Shown piece after piece: positions 24,187-36,279 of a DNA stretch of 64,000 nt. The position numbers and the translations under genes are program-made. The notes under the pieces were generated by a model. It was not told the origin of the DNA and made no database searches. It saw nothing but the letters and a program-made list of their open reading frames with translations. Within the stretch, counting starts at the first letter, position 1. Each line of letters begins with the position of its first letter. Origin of the DNA: Macrostomum hystrix (Eukaryota; Animalia; Platyhelminthes); NCBI GenBank assembly GCA_950097015.1, contig CATNEN010000002.1:4340001-4404000 (forward strand). The letters are read 5' to 3'.

Positions 24187-24715
24187 ATCAAATCCCATCT
24201 CATCTGATCAAATCCCATCTCTTCTGATCAAATCCCATCTCTTCTGATAAAATCCCATCTCATCTGATCAAATCCCATCTCTTCTAATAAAATCCCATCT
24301 CATCTGATCAAATACCATATCTTCTGATCAAATCCCATCTCTTCTAATAAAATCCCATCTCATCTGATCAAATCCCATCTCTTCTAATAAAATCCCATCT
24401 CATCTGATCAAATACCATCTCTTCTGATCAAATCCCATCTCTTCTGATAAGATCCCATCTCATCTGATCAAATCCCATCTCTTCTGATCCCATTCCCATC
24501 TTCCGTGATCCCATTCCCATCTCCTCTGATCCCATTCTCATCTTCCGTGATCCCATTCCCATCTCCTCTGATCCCATTCCCATCTCCCCTGATCCCATTC
24601 CCATCTCCTCTGATCCCATTCCCATCTCCCCTGATCCTATTCCCATCTCCTCTGATCCCATTCCCATCTCCTCTGATCCCATTCCCATCTTCCGTGATCC
24701 CATTCCCATCTCCTT
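24187..24715. repeat. Minisatellite grading from a 20 bp unit (gatcaaatcccatctcttct) to a 21 bp unit (gatcccattcccatctcctct)
   Basis: Read directly. Confidence 0.9.
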
Positions 24716-24737
24716 TGATGAGAAGAAGCTGAGTTTG

Positions 24738-24850
24738 TTGGCCAGTGGTTAGAGCTTTGGACTTCTGACCGAGTGGTCGGGAGTTCGAGTCTCAGCCTAG
24801 ATGAGACAATTTTTATCTTTGGACTATTCCCAGTCCATCGACTGAAAAGT
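24738..24850 (+). mobile_element. SINE family 2 fragment (tRNA-like head plus cccagtccatcgactgaa motif)
   Basis: A-box tggccagtgg and B-box gttcgagtc; 3' motif shared with copies at 37610 and 44710. Confidence 0.5.
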
Positions 24851-25225
24851 TTCTCAGTGGCTGTAAATCTGGCCCAATGGGGCTGAGTAATTTTTATCAA
24901 CCTGTCTTGCATTTGGGACTAGATATGTCAGGCAGCAGCTGTCCTATCTCCGACCCAACTGAATTAATCAATCTTTCTGTAGTATGTATTCGCCTGGCGA
25001 CCATTTTTGGCCAGGCCAGACTACGCAGGAGAGGCGAAAAGCACAATTTCCTGCTCGCACAGTCCATGCAATTCACAGAGAATGATGATAAGGGCTGGTT
25101 CCTTTCGGTCCAGAAGGGAAATAAGATTAGTGAGCAGAAGGGGATGGCACAGCGAATGATCGAAGGTCGAAAATCTGACGGCCAGTTGGGGGTTAGGCAA
25201 TTTTAACTTGCCCCTACCAGGTAGC

Positions 25226-25568
25226 CAGGGGTCGGTGGCAGAGCGCTTTACGCGTTCGCCTCTCGCACCAAGGTCCTGAGCTCGATTCCGCTGCGAGGCC
25301 ACATTAATTTGGGGCGCAGCCGCGGAGAGAAGGCTTGGGAATTTACGCCCCTTGAGGGTCAACCTCCAAGGCACTGTAAACGCGTACACTGCCTGACGAT
25401 GAAAAAGTCAGGGCAGATGTACACACCTGTGTGAGCGCATGCCTGCGTACAGTATCTGCGTGTGTGCTCAGGAATTGGCAAAATTGCCTTCTACGAGCTG
25501 GCTGCGGGTCCAGAGTCACCAAATGATGTGCCATGGCCTGCAGCCCTCCTGTAATTATTATTATTATT
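25226..25568 (+). mobile_element. SINE family 1, full length, directly upstream of the GPCR start codon
   Basis: Head ggggtcggtggcagagcg...gagctcgattcc, full body and (ATT)n tail. Flanked by AGGTAGC (25219-25225) and AGGTGGC (25569-25575). Confidence 0.9.
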
Positions 25569-25576
25569 AGGTGGCA

Positions 25577-26886
25577 ATGAACCGCAATTCGACCATGGTC
25601 CCGCATCCGCTGTGGATGAAGTCGCTGTGCATTGTGTTTTACTCCATCATCTGCCTACTGGGCACTGTCGGCAATGTCCTGGTGGTATTTGTGGTGCTGC
25701 GAAAGCGCAGCATGCAGACAATCACAAATATCCTAATCACCAACTTGGCGATCTCCGATGTCATCATGAGCACTGTTAACGTTCCTCTGACTCCCACGGT
25801 GATGTTCATGCAGACCTGGACGCTGCCTAGCGCCGTGTGCAAGCTCATGCCGATGACCATGGGCGTGTCCGTGTACGTCTCCACCCTCACCTCCACCGCC
25901 ATCGCTGTCGAGCGCTACTGCATGATCGTCCACCCGTTCGTGCCGCGCATGAAGACGGGGCTCTGCCTCCTCATCGTGCTGATCATCTGGCTGGTGGCTG
26001 TGCTTATCAGCCTGCCCATCGCCGTGTTCCAGAAAGTCAAGTCCTCCGAGGAGGCAGCCACCGAGAGCTGTGTAGAGGACTGGAAGCCGGAGTACCGGCC
26101 CGTCTTCACGGTGATCAGCTTCGCTCTGCAGTTCATTCTCCCGTGCACGGCCATCACGGCCTGCTACTCCAAGGTGAGCATCAGCCTCAATAATCGATAC
26201 AAGAAGAGTCTGGCCAAGAAGTCGCGCAGCAAGGAGGAGCTCGACATTCGCCGCAAGCGCCGCACAAACCGGATGCTCATCGCAATGGTGATCATCTTCG
26301 TGATCTGCTGGATCCCGCTCAACCTGCTCTGGATTTTCAACGATATGGGCGTCATCAGCGAGGAAGTGTTCCGCAATCTGTTCTTCATCTGCCACCTGCT
26401 GGCGATGAGCTCCGTGATGTACAACCCGTTCCTCTACGGCTGGATGAATGCCAACTTCCAGAACGAGTTCCGCAACATCCTGCCCTGCCTGTTCCCGAAG
26501 CGGCAGGCCAACGCTGCTCGCAGCGACTCGCGACTGAACACCTCCTACCGCTACTCCACCATCGACAAGAGCCGGCAGCGTCAGAACGGTGGCACCCTGG
26601 GACCCGAGGACGGCATCCAGAACGACGAAGAGGAAGTCAAGGATGAGGATCGTCATGAGCTAGACGCCATAGTTGTGGCTGATGACGCCCAAGAGCAGGC
26701 GACCGCCTGCGTCCACGAAGCTGATGATGGAACTGCGGAACTGGCCGTCAGGTAAGGGCACCGGACCTGAGTATATAGAGTACAGAGGGAGCGCAGTTGA
26801 CTCACAATGTTTGCCGCCTTTTCAGGTACGAGAAGGGCGGGCCAGGAAATGAAGATAGAGTGATCGCAGTTCAGGTGTCTTCTTAA
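25577..26886 (+). CDS. Rhodopsin-family neuropeptide GPCR (NPY/NPF/sNPF/PrRP receptor-like). Main exon 25577-26751 plus probable short last exon 26826-26886; unspliced form stops at 26755
   Basis: Seven hydrophobic helices, N-terminal sequon NST, GN in TM1, NLAISD in TM2, ERY, CWIPL in TM6, and HLLAMSSVMYNPFLYGWMNANFQNEF in TM7 typical of this receptor group. Donor AG|gtaagg and acceptor ttttcag| in matching phase 2. Confidence 0.9.
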
Positions 26887-28589
26887 GCATCTTGATGCTC
26901 ATGGCAATCCATTGTAGCATTGTACTGACAACTCGGACGAACTTCAAGAAGTCAATTTGTCGTCAGATTAAAAATTTTGCAATCTGAGAGACTTCTTTCA
27001 TTCCTCAATGAAAAATGTTTAATAAAAATCAACTATCAGTACAATAGCAGCCGTGTAATATGTGTGTCCATTCTGTTCAAAGTAAAACTAATTCTTTAAA
27101 AATCTACATGCCACTGAACTGGTTTGTCCTGCGCAATTACTCTGTTCAGTTGGACTAAATTTGAACATCTATTCGCTTTATTTTTAATTCGCTTTTTTTC
27201 GGTAAATTTTGCACAGAACTCGACTATGAATCCACAATATGAAATGCTACACTTTGCTAAATTTAAAATTCAAGCTCGTTGGTGATTGAAAAAACGCACT
27301 TTGAGATTGTTATCGAATCTGGTTGAGTCAAGATGAAGAATAATTAATAGTTAAATTCAATCGCTTTACATCACATTTTCTGTCTTTATCACGATTAATC
27401 GCCGCCTGAGTTATATGTTTGAGAATAGCCTCATTATATCTTTGATCTCTTGGTTTTAAAGTACATTTCACACTAGACCTGCTTCTCGCTTGTACATTAA
27501 GCTACTAGCGTATTAATCAAAGTAAAGTTTTTGTGTAGAAAATAATTTTAAATAAAATATTGTCATTGTGTGTTGTCAAAACGAGAATATTGATTATTTT
27601 CTGAGCCCCCCAGAAACGCTATTCTTAAGTTTCATAAGCGTCATAATAACAATACAACTATTATTTTTATAAATATATATATTTTTTATTGAGACATCAT
27701 GTAATGTTGCTAAAAAACCACTTCATGCAATCATCGGTGGTTTTCTCAGCTAAGACATTTAAAATGTGGAAACGCTAGCCATGCTACTTGCATCGTTGTA
27801 CCGAGTGTTATCAGGCGCGAATATTAGGCATGCGATGTTGTTCACAGCTTATTGGCTAGAACAGCACTAAAAAAAATTATTTTTAAGTGCGAAGCCAGAA
27901 ATATGTTACAAGCAAGTAAGAAATTATGTACGAAAAATATACAATCGCCTACTCCTCGATTTAGTGAAAACATAATGTACTTTGTGTGTTTGTTTGTCTC
28001 TCTCGTTACTAGAAGTCTACAACTTTAATAATCAGGAAAATTTCCTGCAGTTTTCGTGAAAGGTAACGATTAGTTTTCGAGTTTAGATGCAGTTAGTGAC
28101 ACTGAAGTGCTGTGACTTCCTCAATGCGAGAATGTCTTCTGACCTCAAGAAAAATAAAGGAATTAACAGAAATTTTGTTTTCCGTAGGCAAGTAGTATAA
28201 CAAGCGAAAAATGTGGTTTGCTCTCTGTTGCAAACCCAAAATCATCATGTCAAATATTTAAGTCAAACATCATAGAGAAAAAAATTGTCCTAGATAATTT
28301 CTAATCTGATTCCTTCAAACTTAACGTAGAAGCTAGGAGAGAAGGATTATACATAAAAACGAACCCGTCGTAAAATCTACGCACTATGTAACACTAGACC
28401 GGAATATCAACTACCGGTATGAAAATCAACTACTGGATTCGTACATTGCAGCTAATTTAGCTAGAAAAATGTTTTCTACCCCAGAACGCTTTTATGAGAA
28501 TCAATAGAGGAACCTCTTCTGAGTGTACAGTTCTGGGCATGTACTAATCATGGGCTTTACTAATCATAGAAAACTGCGAACAACGTTCC

Positions 28590-29808
28590 ACGAAAACTGA
28601 ATCTGAAGAACCATTCAGCAAAAATATCTCTAAAAAAATGTTGCGAGCCGGATTCACCTCAACGAATGCTAGATCTCAGTCAGCAATGGCCTCAGTGGTT
28701 GAAGACGCTCTGAGGTTTCTGGTCAAGACTGACAATCTGCACGTGTACGGCAGCTACTCAGACGGATGGGGCAGCTCGCAGACTCAACTCGATGGAAGCG
28801 TGGAAGAAAGCAGCGACATTGACGTCACGATTGTTTCTCTCTCTGTTCAGAGAAGTATTCCACCTCAGTGGAGACTTAACGAGCAAACCACAACAGTGCG
28901 ACAACGACCACCTGCTAGCACTATACTCGGATGTTCATGCCTACGTACGAGCTAACAATCTGCAGGTTAAGTATTATAATACAAACGATTTGGTTCCGAG
29001 GTTTTGTAATCTTCCGGAATTGGCCGCTGGCAGTATATTAAATTTTATACATTGCTTTTTTTCATTCAAGTAAACTACTTTACAGCCTCAGCACCAAACA
29101 TCCAGCTTGGAGACCCGAACCTGAGCATCTTCAGCGCCTTCGACATCATCGTCCCCTCTCCTGCTGCCGATACCCGCCCATCGAACTGCTGCAGACGGGC
29201 TACAAAAAACCGGTCCCGCCTCACGCCTCACACATTCAGCAGCACATCCTGCAGATCCTGAACGACGAGGTCAACGGTGAGACTCCAAGGTGCCACGTAG
29301 TCGTGGTTTCGCCTCCGAACGTCGATCAATGAAGCCGCATGCGAGTGAGCGCGACTCTAGACGCCCATGCGGCAGTGGTGAAGCGTTTCTCCGGCACTTC
29401 ACCTGACGAGCATCTCGACGCTCTGTTGGCTCTGATTTCTCGAGTTCCCGACCGCGATTAAGTCAACAGAGAGTGGCCGAGAGCGCTGGCTCATTTCAGG
29501 GTCGGCAAGTCGCTGGACGAAGCAGTCGAGCCGTTCGAGTACTCCCGTTCGCGTGCCCTCCGCTTGGACCGGAGTTGAGCTTCGAAGAGGCCAATTAGGC
29601 AGCCGCGCTGTCGATGCTGGTAGATCTGAAGCCAATGCGAATGGAAGCTCAGGGCGGCGAGATTGTCGACTGCTCTTTTATGCAACAGTTTGGGATTGCC
29701 GTTGATTTCCAAGAGTTGCTTCGGTGTTCGCCAGTTCTTTCCATAATACTAAAGGATGGCGTGAGTTGCGATATTCAATGTATCCGATACATAAATGCAT
29801 TAGTGTGA
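28590..29808 (+). pseudogene. Pseudogenised cGAS-like/Mab-21 nucleotidyltransferase, inverted paralog of 31026-32858
   Basis: Retains VYGSYSDGWGSS...SSDIDVT and an intron at the same place. Frameshifts near 28850, 29150 and 29230; in-frame stops (CAA TGA near 29330, GAT TAA near 29458); about 510 nt missing between MRVS and LDAH. Confidence 0.88.
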
Positions 29809-30247
29809 AAGTGGTTCCAGTTTTTAAGCTTTGGGAACTACAAGTATTTTTATTGCTGAACGAGATACGAGATATACTTTAAGTAGTAATCCAGACATTT
29901 TCATGCTAAAAACTATTTAGAGTTAAACTGTTTGTTAATTCGACCTCACTGAAGCCGAGCTCGCTGTTCTCCCTCGTAGGCAGAGATTCTTATAATAGCC
30001 CTTAAGGTTTGCATCTTTTCAATATCAAAGAGATGCACGAATTAGATTAAGAGATTGGAAGCATGCATGCACAGAAAAGCATTCTTTTAGAGCAGTTTTG
30101 GAGCTGTCATAAAATGTCCGTCATTATCACCGGATAAAGACTCCCGCAAAGTTGCAAAGCAGTTCGATCATTTTGTAGAATTGGTAATTGTTCGCAATGT
30201 CTTTGCATTTGTTGAAAACGAGTAGGGCTTGCTTATTAAAAATCTGG

Positions 30248-30328
30248 GTACGGTATATGTGAGCGTGTGTGCTCAGGAGTCAAAGAAAAAATGTGCAGAA
30301 TTGCCTCCTCGCTGGCTGCGGGTCTAGT
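30248..30328 (+). mobile_element. SINE family 1, 3' fragment
   Basis: gtgtgtgctcaggagtc...gcagaattgcctcctcgctggctgcgggtctag. Confidence 0.7.
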
Positions 30329-31025
30329 TAGCGCAACCAACTTAGTGCGCCTGTGCTGCAACCACAGAAATGTGGAAACCTTGGGTCCCCAGAGTTCACA
30401 GCTTCTAGTTTAACAAATAGTATACTTTAAGTCATGCTAATTTCCAACCATTATTATGGAAAATTTTATTATCGAATTCTAAGTTCACACCACAAAAAAA
30501 GTGAAGCTAGAACACACGATTGTTGGTTTTTATGACCGTTCGTTAGAAAACAACAAATATGCGCACAACTAAAGGGTATCATTTGATGGCAATATAAGCA
30601 AACACAGTTAAGAATCAACACAATCCGTACACAGAGGTCTACGCAGCGGTGTTTAAAGTCTGGGTACAAAAATGTTTCATTTTCGATACAACTGCGGCAG
30701 TATTTATGTTAGCTTACGTGGATCCAATTTTGATTATTATTTTCGAAACATGATAAAAATAATTAAATGGAGTTTGAGTCACGATTCAAGATAATTAATT
30801 TTCATCTATTGGATCCTCGTGATAGGACATGGTCGAAGAGGCCTCACTCGAAAGGAAAATTTCGTAGCTCTCAAGCACATTGCGAAGATGATCAGAGAGA
30901 TTCTCTGCACCCTCAGCTGACAAGTTGGTTCTCTGCAATGAACAAAATAAGGGGCTCGCAAAGGGTTCTCTATCGTAAGACTCGATATTTATGACTGTCT
31001 TTAAGGATTAAATATACAAGCTTAA

Positions 31026-32858
31026 TTAAATTTCATTGCTTAAAACTTTATGCCCACTTGCCCTGTCCAAGAATATCAGACGAAGCGCGGGTGAGCTGCC
31101 GAGCAGTTTGCCGAACTCAAGACTGATGCGCAGCACATCTCCGTTAGTAACGGCGGCAACTAGCGACGCTACAATCCCAAACTGTTCATTAAGAGCGCAG
31201 CCGACAATCTTGCCGTCCTGAGCTTCCATTCGCATTGGCTTCAGATCTACCAGCATCGACAGCGCGGCTGCCTTGGCCTCTTCGAAGCTCATCTCCGGTC
31301 CAAGCGGAGGGCACGCGATGCCTCTGCTGATGGAGTACTCGAACGGCTCGACTGCTTCGTCCAGCGACTTGCCGACCCTGAAATGGGCCAGCGCTCTCAG
31401 CCACTCTCTGCTGACCTTGGCGCAGTCGGGAACTTGAGAAATCGGAACCAACAGTTCGTCGAGATGCTCGTCAGCTGAAGTGCCGGAGAAACGCTTCATC
31501 ACTTCCGCATGGGCGTCTAGCACTGTGTGGAAGGCACGCATGACCTGCTTCTCATCGTGACTGGACTCGTGCATCTCGACCAGTAGGAGAAGACCGAAGA
31601 TGGTGTGAAACTGCACCGAGGTGACCGCGACCTCTGAGAGCGAGTCCATGAAGACTGTCAGCTCATTGTTCAGGTTCTGAATGACATCATTGACTTGTTG
31701 AATTATCTCTGACTTCGGTTTGTGATTCTTCTTGAAGTACACAGCCGCATCGCGAAGAAAGAAGTGCTTCATGCACACGTCTTCTAAGTCTGAGCTCTCC
31801 ATCATTTCGACAAACATTTGTAGCGACTTGCGAACGAGAGCCAACAAGTTCTCCGGCTTCCAGTCGTCTTCAGGCGTCTCATCAAGCATGTAGAACAGCA
31901 GGTTCTTAGCTATGAACGTTTTCGGACCGGCGACTCGCTTGCTGATGACCTTCTTGATGAGGAACTTCATGATGATGAAAAACTGGCCTTGGATTGTGTT
32001 GAGATTTCTCAACAGAGCTCTCTCCAGCAGAGAAGTGCTCACTCGCATGCGGCTTCCCTGATCGACGTTCGGAGGCGACGCCGCGACTACGTGGCACCTC
32101 GGAGTCTCACCGTTGACCTCGTCGTTGAGGATCTGCAAGATGTGCTGCTGAATGTGAGAGAAGTGACCATTGCGGTTCTTGTAGCCCGTCTGCAGCAGCT
32201 CGATGGGCGGGTATCGGCAGCAGGAGAGGGCGACGATGATGTCGAAGGCGCTGAAGACGCTCACGTTTACGTCGCTCAACGGAATGTTCGGTGCCTTAGC
32301 TGTTGCGTAATATAACATAAGGGTTTATTAAACGTATGCCGACGGTTAAAAATACGTTTTTAAGCTACGTGCGACTTAGCTACGCCTAGATGTCGCATTG
32401 CCTCTCTTGTTTGGGTGGGGGGGCTAGACCTAAAATTACCAATATCAAGGTAAGCTTGAGGTTTGCTCACCCTGGCTAGATAAACAAGCGTGGCCATCCT
32501 TGTACGTCGTAAGCTGGTGCTCGACCTGACAGTTCCGCTGTTCTGTCAATTCGTTAGTTAGATGAAACCGCTTCTTCTGAGCTGGAAGCGAAATAAATGT
32601 GACGTCAATGTCGCTGCTCTCTTCCACGCTTCCATCCAGTTGGCTCAGCGAGCTGCCCCATCCGTCCGAGTAGCTGCCGAACACGTGCAGATTGTCAGTT
32701 TTGACCAGAACCCGAAAGCCCTCTTCAAACACGTCGGCCATCCCTGCTTGAATCCGCGCATTTTCTGTAGTGAATCCAACTCGCAGCATCTTCTGAGACA
32801 GTCGAGCGCTGAATAACTTCTCGGCCCCGCAAGCTGCATTACTGGGGCTGCTATTCAT
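31026..32858 (-). CDS. cGAS-like receptor (cGLR) / Mab-21 family nucleotidyltransferase, 2 exons: 32858-32471 and 32299-31026; 553 aa
   Basis: NTase motif FGSYSDG...SDIDV and third acid in FDIIVAL. Mab-21 C-lobe motifs CHVV, RVSTSLLERALL, KTFIAKNLLFYMLDE..W...NL, CMKHFFL. Phase-1 intron G|gtgagc ... caacag|CT; uninterrupted frame. Confidence 0.85.
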
Positions 32859-33262
32859 CAGAGCTGCTCTACCACCTCAGTGCGGGTGCTTATGGTTTGT
32901 TCGCTAGCTAATGTACCGAATTTTTCGCTAAGAAACCTTCTAGTAGGAGTGTTCGTTTTTGTCTAGTCATCAGTCGTTAAATAGGGGCGACTATGTGACG
33001 CAGCCAAGTTTTCTCATAACTTTATGTGAGCATTAGGTGGGGTACGTTCTGCTTTAGATAGCGATGCTTTGGTTCAAAAATAGTGCTAGCGTTTCAACGC
33101 AGCTACCGTCGACTTCTGAAAAGGTCTCTCTCAGTGTGACTATGGCCCTATTTTCGTTTAATAGCGATTAATCATAAATTCAGCCCACAATGAGATAAAG
33201 AGAAACAAGGCCAGTTGAAATACGTAGGTATACCCTGCCTTCTTTCTTGATGCAACCTGTCC

Positions 33263-33301
33263 GACTCCTGAGCACACACGCACACGGATACCGTAGACAG
33301 G
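33263..33301 (-). mobile_element. SINE family 1 internal fragment
   Basis: gactcctgagcacacacgcacacggataccgta matches the family body. Confidence 0.55.
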
Positions 33302-34239
33302 TGCATGAACATAGCACACCTAAGGTACACCTAAGGTCTTAAGGTGGTCGGTGTTGTGTGACGAATAAGTTTTAGTCCATTCTGAGTACAATACCGAAGG
33401 AATGATTCTGGCATTATAAGTGTTACTTTAAAGCCAAATTTACAACCGAGTTAGACAAAGAAGAGAGGCGAGTTTTTTCTATTCAATCTTTAAGCCCTAA
33501 GCACTTACTGAAAGCAAAGCTTTAGTAGTTCATTTATATTTTTTGCGTTCAACTTGCAATTATTAGCAAAAATAAATACATAAACTACTCACAAGGCGTT
33601 AGAGTAGTATGCTCAGTATAGGGGGCTAATATTATATTTGTTAAAAAAATAATAAGAAACTGAATTTCGCAATGATTTGGGCTTAAACAAGAACTAGCTA
33701 AGCGAAGTCTGGTGGCACTATAGACGAATTGTGTACAATCAAAGGGCGGGTATTGTAAACGCATTCAGGATTTGAAGTTCAAATATGACTCTTGCTCGGT
33801 TAATTCCTTGCGAATATTGGATTTCAAATGAAATCGACACTCGCGATCCTCTGATCCACAATGTCGGAATCAAAGTCCCTCGTTTGAAGATAAAGATCTG
33901 AAATCCGAAGGCAAGCTAAATACATGAGATGATAATCCGTAAACTAATGATAAGTCCATAAAAAGGAACAATTCTTTCGACAAGGGATAAATCCTCAAAC
34001 AATGTGACGTTTGTAGTTACAAAACGCTGTCCCGATAAAAATATAATTTTATTACGGTTCAAGACATTAAACACATAAAAAAGAGAAGTTTATATAAAAG
34101 AAAGTAGCACAATTGCAATCGCGAAATTATTAACTGGTAATGAGCTAATATCTTTTAAAACGAGTTCGAAAAATACACAACTGATACAGAGTGGCGGCGC
34201 TGGGAACAGCAGCAAAAACAGCAGTGAAAGTAGAGACAT

Positions 34240-34314
34240 CATCATCATCAGCAGCATCAGCAACAACAACAACAGCATCAGCAGCAGCAGCAGCAACTGT
34301 GGCAGTAGAGACAG

Positions 34315-34346
<32 letters not shown>

Positions 34347-34356
34347 GTAGAGACAG

Positions 34357-34388
<32 letters not shown>

Positions 34389-34398
34389 GTAGAGACAG

Positions 34399-34430
<32 letters not shown>

Positions 34431-34704
34431 GTAGAGACAGCAGCAGCAGCAGCAGCAGCAGAAGCAGCTGTGGCAGTAGAGACAGCAGCAGCAGCTGTGG
34501 CAGTAGAGACAGCAGCAGCAGCTGTGGCAGTAGAGACAGCAGCAGCAGCTGTGGTAGTAGACAGCAGCAGCAGCAGCAGCAGCAGAAGCAGCTGTGGCAG
34601 TAGAGACAGCAGCAGCAGCTGTGGTAGTAGAGACAGCAGCAGCAGCAGCAGCAGCAGAAGCAGCTGTGGCAGTAGAGACAGCAGCAGCAGCTGTGGTAGT
34701 AGAG

Positions 34705-34737
<33 letters not shown>

Positions 34738-35049
34738 GCTGTGGCAGTAGAGACAGCAGCAGCAGCATCTGTGGCAGTAGAGACAGCAGCAGCAGCTGTG
34801 GCAGTAGAGACAGCAGAAGCAGCTGTGGCAGTAGAGACAGCAGCAGCAGCATCTGTGGCAGTAGAGACAGCAGCAGCAGCTGTGGCAGTAGAGACAGCAG
34901 AAGCAGCTGTGGCAGTAGAGACAGCAGCAGCAGCATCTGTGGCAGTAGAGACAGCAGCAGCAGCTGTGGTAGTAGAGACAGCAGCAGCAGCAGCAGCAGC
35001 AGAAGCAGCTGTGGCAGTAGAGACAGCAGCAGCAGCTGTGGTAGTAGAG

Positions 35050-35088
<39 letters not shown>

Positions 35089-35275
35089 GCTGTGGCAGTA
35101 GAGACAGCAGCAGCAGCATCTGTGGCAGTAGAGACAGCAGCAGCAGCTGTGGCAGTAGAGACAGCAGAAGCAGCTGTGGCAGTAGAGACAGCAGCAGCAG
35201 CATCTGTGGCAGTAGAGACAGCAGCAGAAGCAGCTGTGGCAGTAGAGACAGGAACAGCAGCAGCACCATCAAAAA
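34240..35275. repeat. Compound CAG-rich repeat (cagcagcagctgtggcagtagaga variants)
   Basis: Read directly; source of ORFs 34090-35382. Confidence 0.92.
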
Positions 35276-35875
35276 CAGCAGCCGTAACGACAGCATCAAT
35301 TGAAGCAGCGTTTCCGGCAGCGAGGCAGGTGAAGCAACAACAGCAGCAGCAGTGGCAACAAAACATCAGAAGTGCAAATTGAGTGAGTCTGGGGGGCTAG
35401 CTATACAGAATCAATCAAATCTGACGCTTTATAGAATTCGTGAGCAATGCGGGGTTGAGCAAAATTGATCAACAACTGCGCACCGTTAGTTACCAGGAAG
35501 CCATTGGCAGCATTGACTACATGAGACTGAATGGTGAGAAATATTGAGACATGTTGGGACTGGGAAGAACACTAGTAGGTGAGACTGTCAAGCGGGCTTA
35601 GACAGTGTCAATGATGAAGCTATAAGGCATGCTTCATCTTAAGGCAAGCTTTAAGATTCATAAAACTGAGAAAAACAAACGGAAGAAAACAATTAGCAGT
35701 TCCGGTGATGGACGGATAGCTGGGCGATGAGCAATTCATTGGACAAAGTCTAGACGCAGCTGGTGAGACTATACGGAAGACGAAACATGCAGAAAACTCA
35801 GGTGAGATGTGGGGAAAATAGTGACAGGCCAGAGAGATTTTTTTAAAGAGAGCTCAACTGCAGGAAATACTTATT

Positions 35876-36140
35876 GCGTTTGCCTATTGCACCAAGGTCC
35901 CTGAGCTCAAGGTCTCGCGGTGCGGCAACAAGCGGCTTGTCGTGCAACTCACTCCTTTGAGTGCCAACCTTCAAGGCACAGTGAGAGTGCACACTGCCTG
36001 ACGATGTGAAAGTCAGGGTGGATGTACACACCTGTGTGAGCATGTGCTCAGGAGTCAGCGAAATGGGCAGAATTGCCTCCTCGCTGGCTGCTGGTCTAGT
36101 GTCGCTAAATGATGTGCCATTGACTGCAGACTAATTTTTA
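35876..36140 (+). mobile_element. SINE family 1, diverged copy
   Basis: gcaccaaggtccctgagctc...cactgcctgacgatgtgaaagtcagg...gcctcctcgctggctgctggtctag. Confidence 0.8.
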
Positions 36141-36279
36141 ACTTTATTATTAACAGGCCAAGCAAGTGTATTGCAGAAGAAACAGAAGATACTAAACATG
36201 CTGAGATAACAGACGTGCTATGAGAGAATGAAAATGCGAGACACACCAGGTGAGATATGGGAGCCGGAGCCGGTGAGCA

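Noticed and set aside
24738-24805. tRNA gene
   Set aside because: A and B boxes are present but no acceptor stem closes, and downstream sequence matches SINE family 2, so it is a SINE head.
25733-26656. 307-aa antisense ORF over the GPCR, and similar shadow ORFs over RASA1 and cGLR exons
   Set aside because: Expected by-product of GC3-rich codon usage on the sense strand; no domain features.
34191-35382. Ala/Thr-rich antifreeze-like or mucin-like protein (AVAVETAAAA)n
   Set aside because: Derived from a compound CAG satellite; the frame shifts mid-array, starts are GTG, and there is no splice or signal-peptide support.
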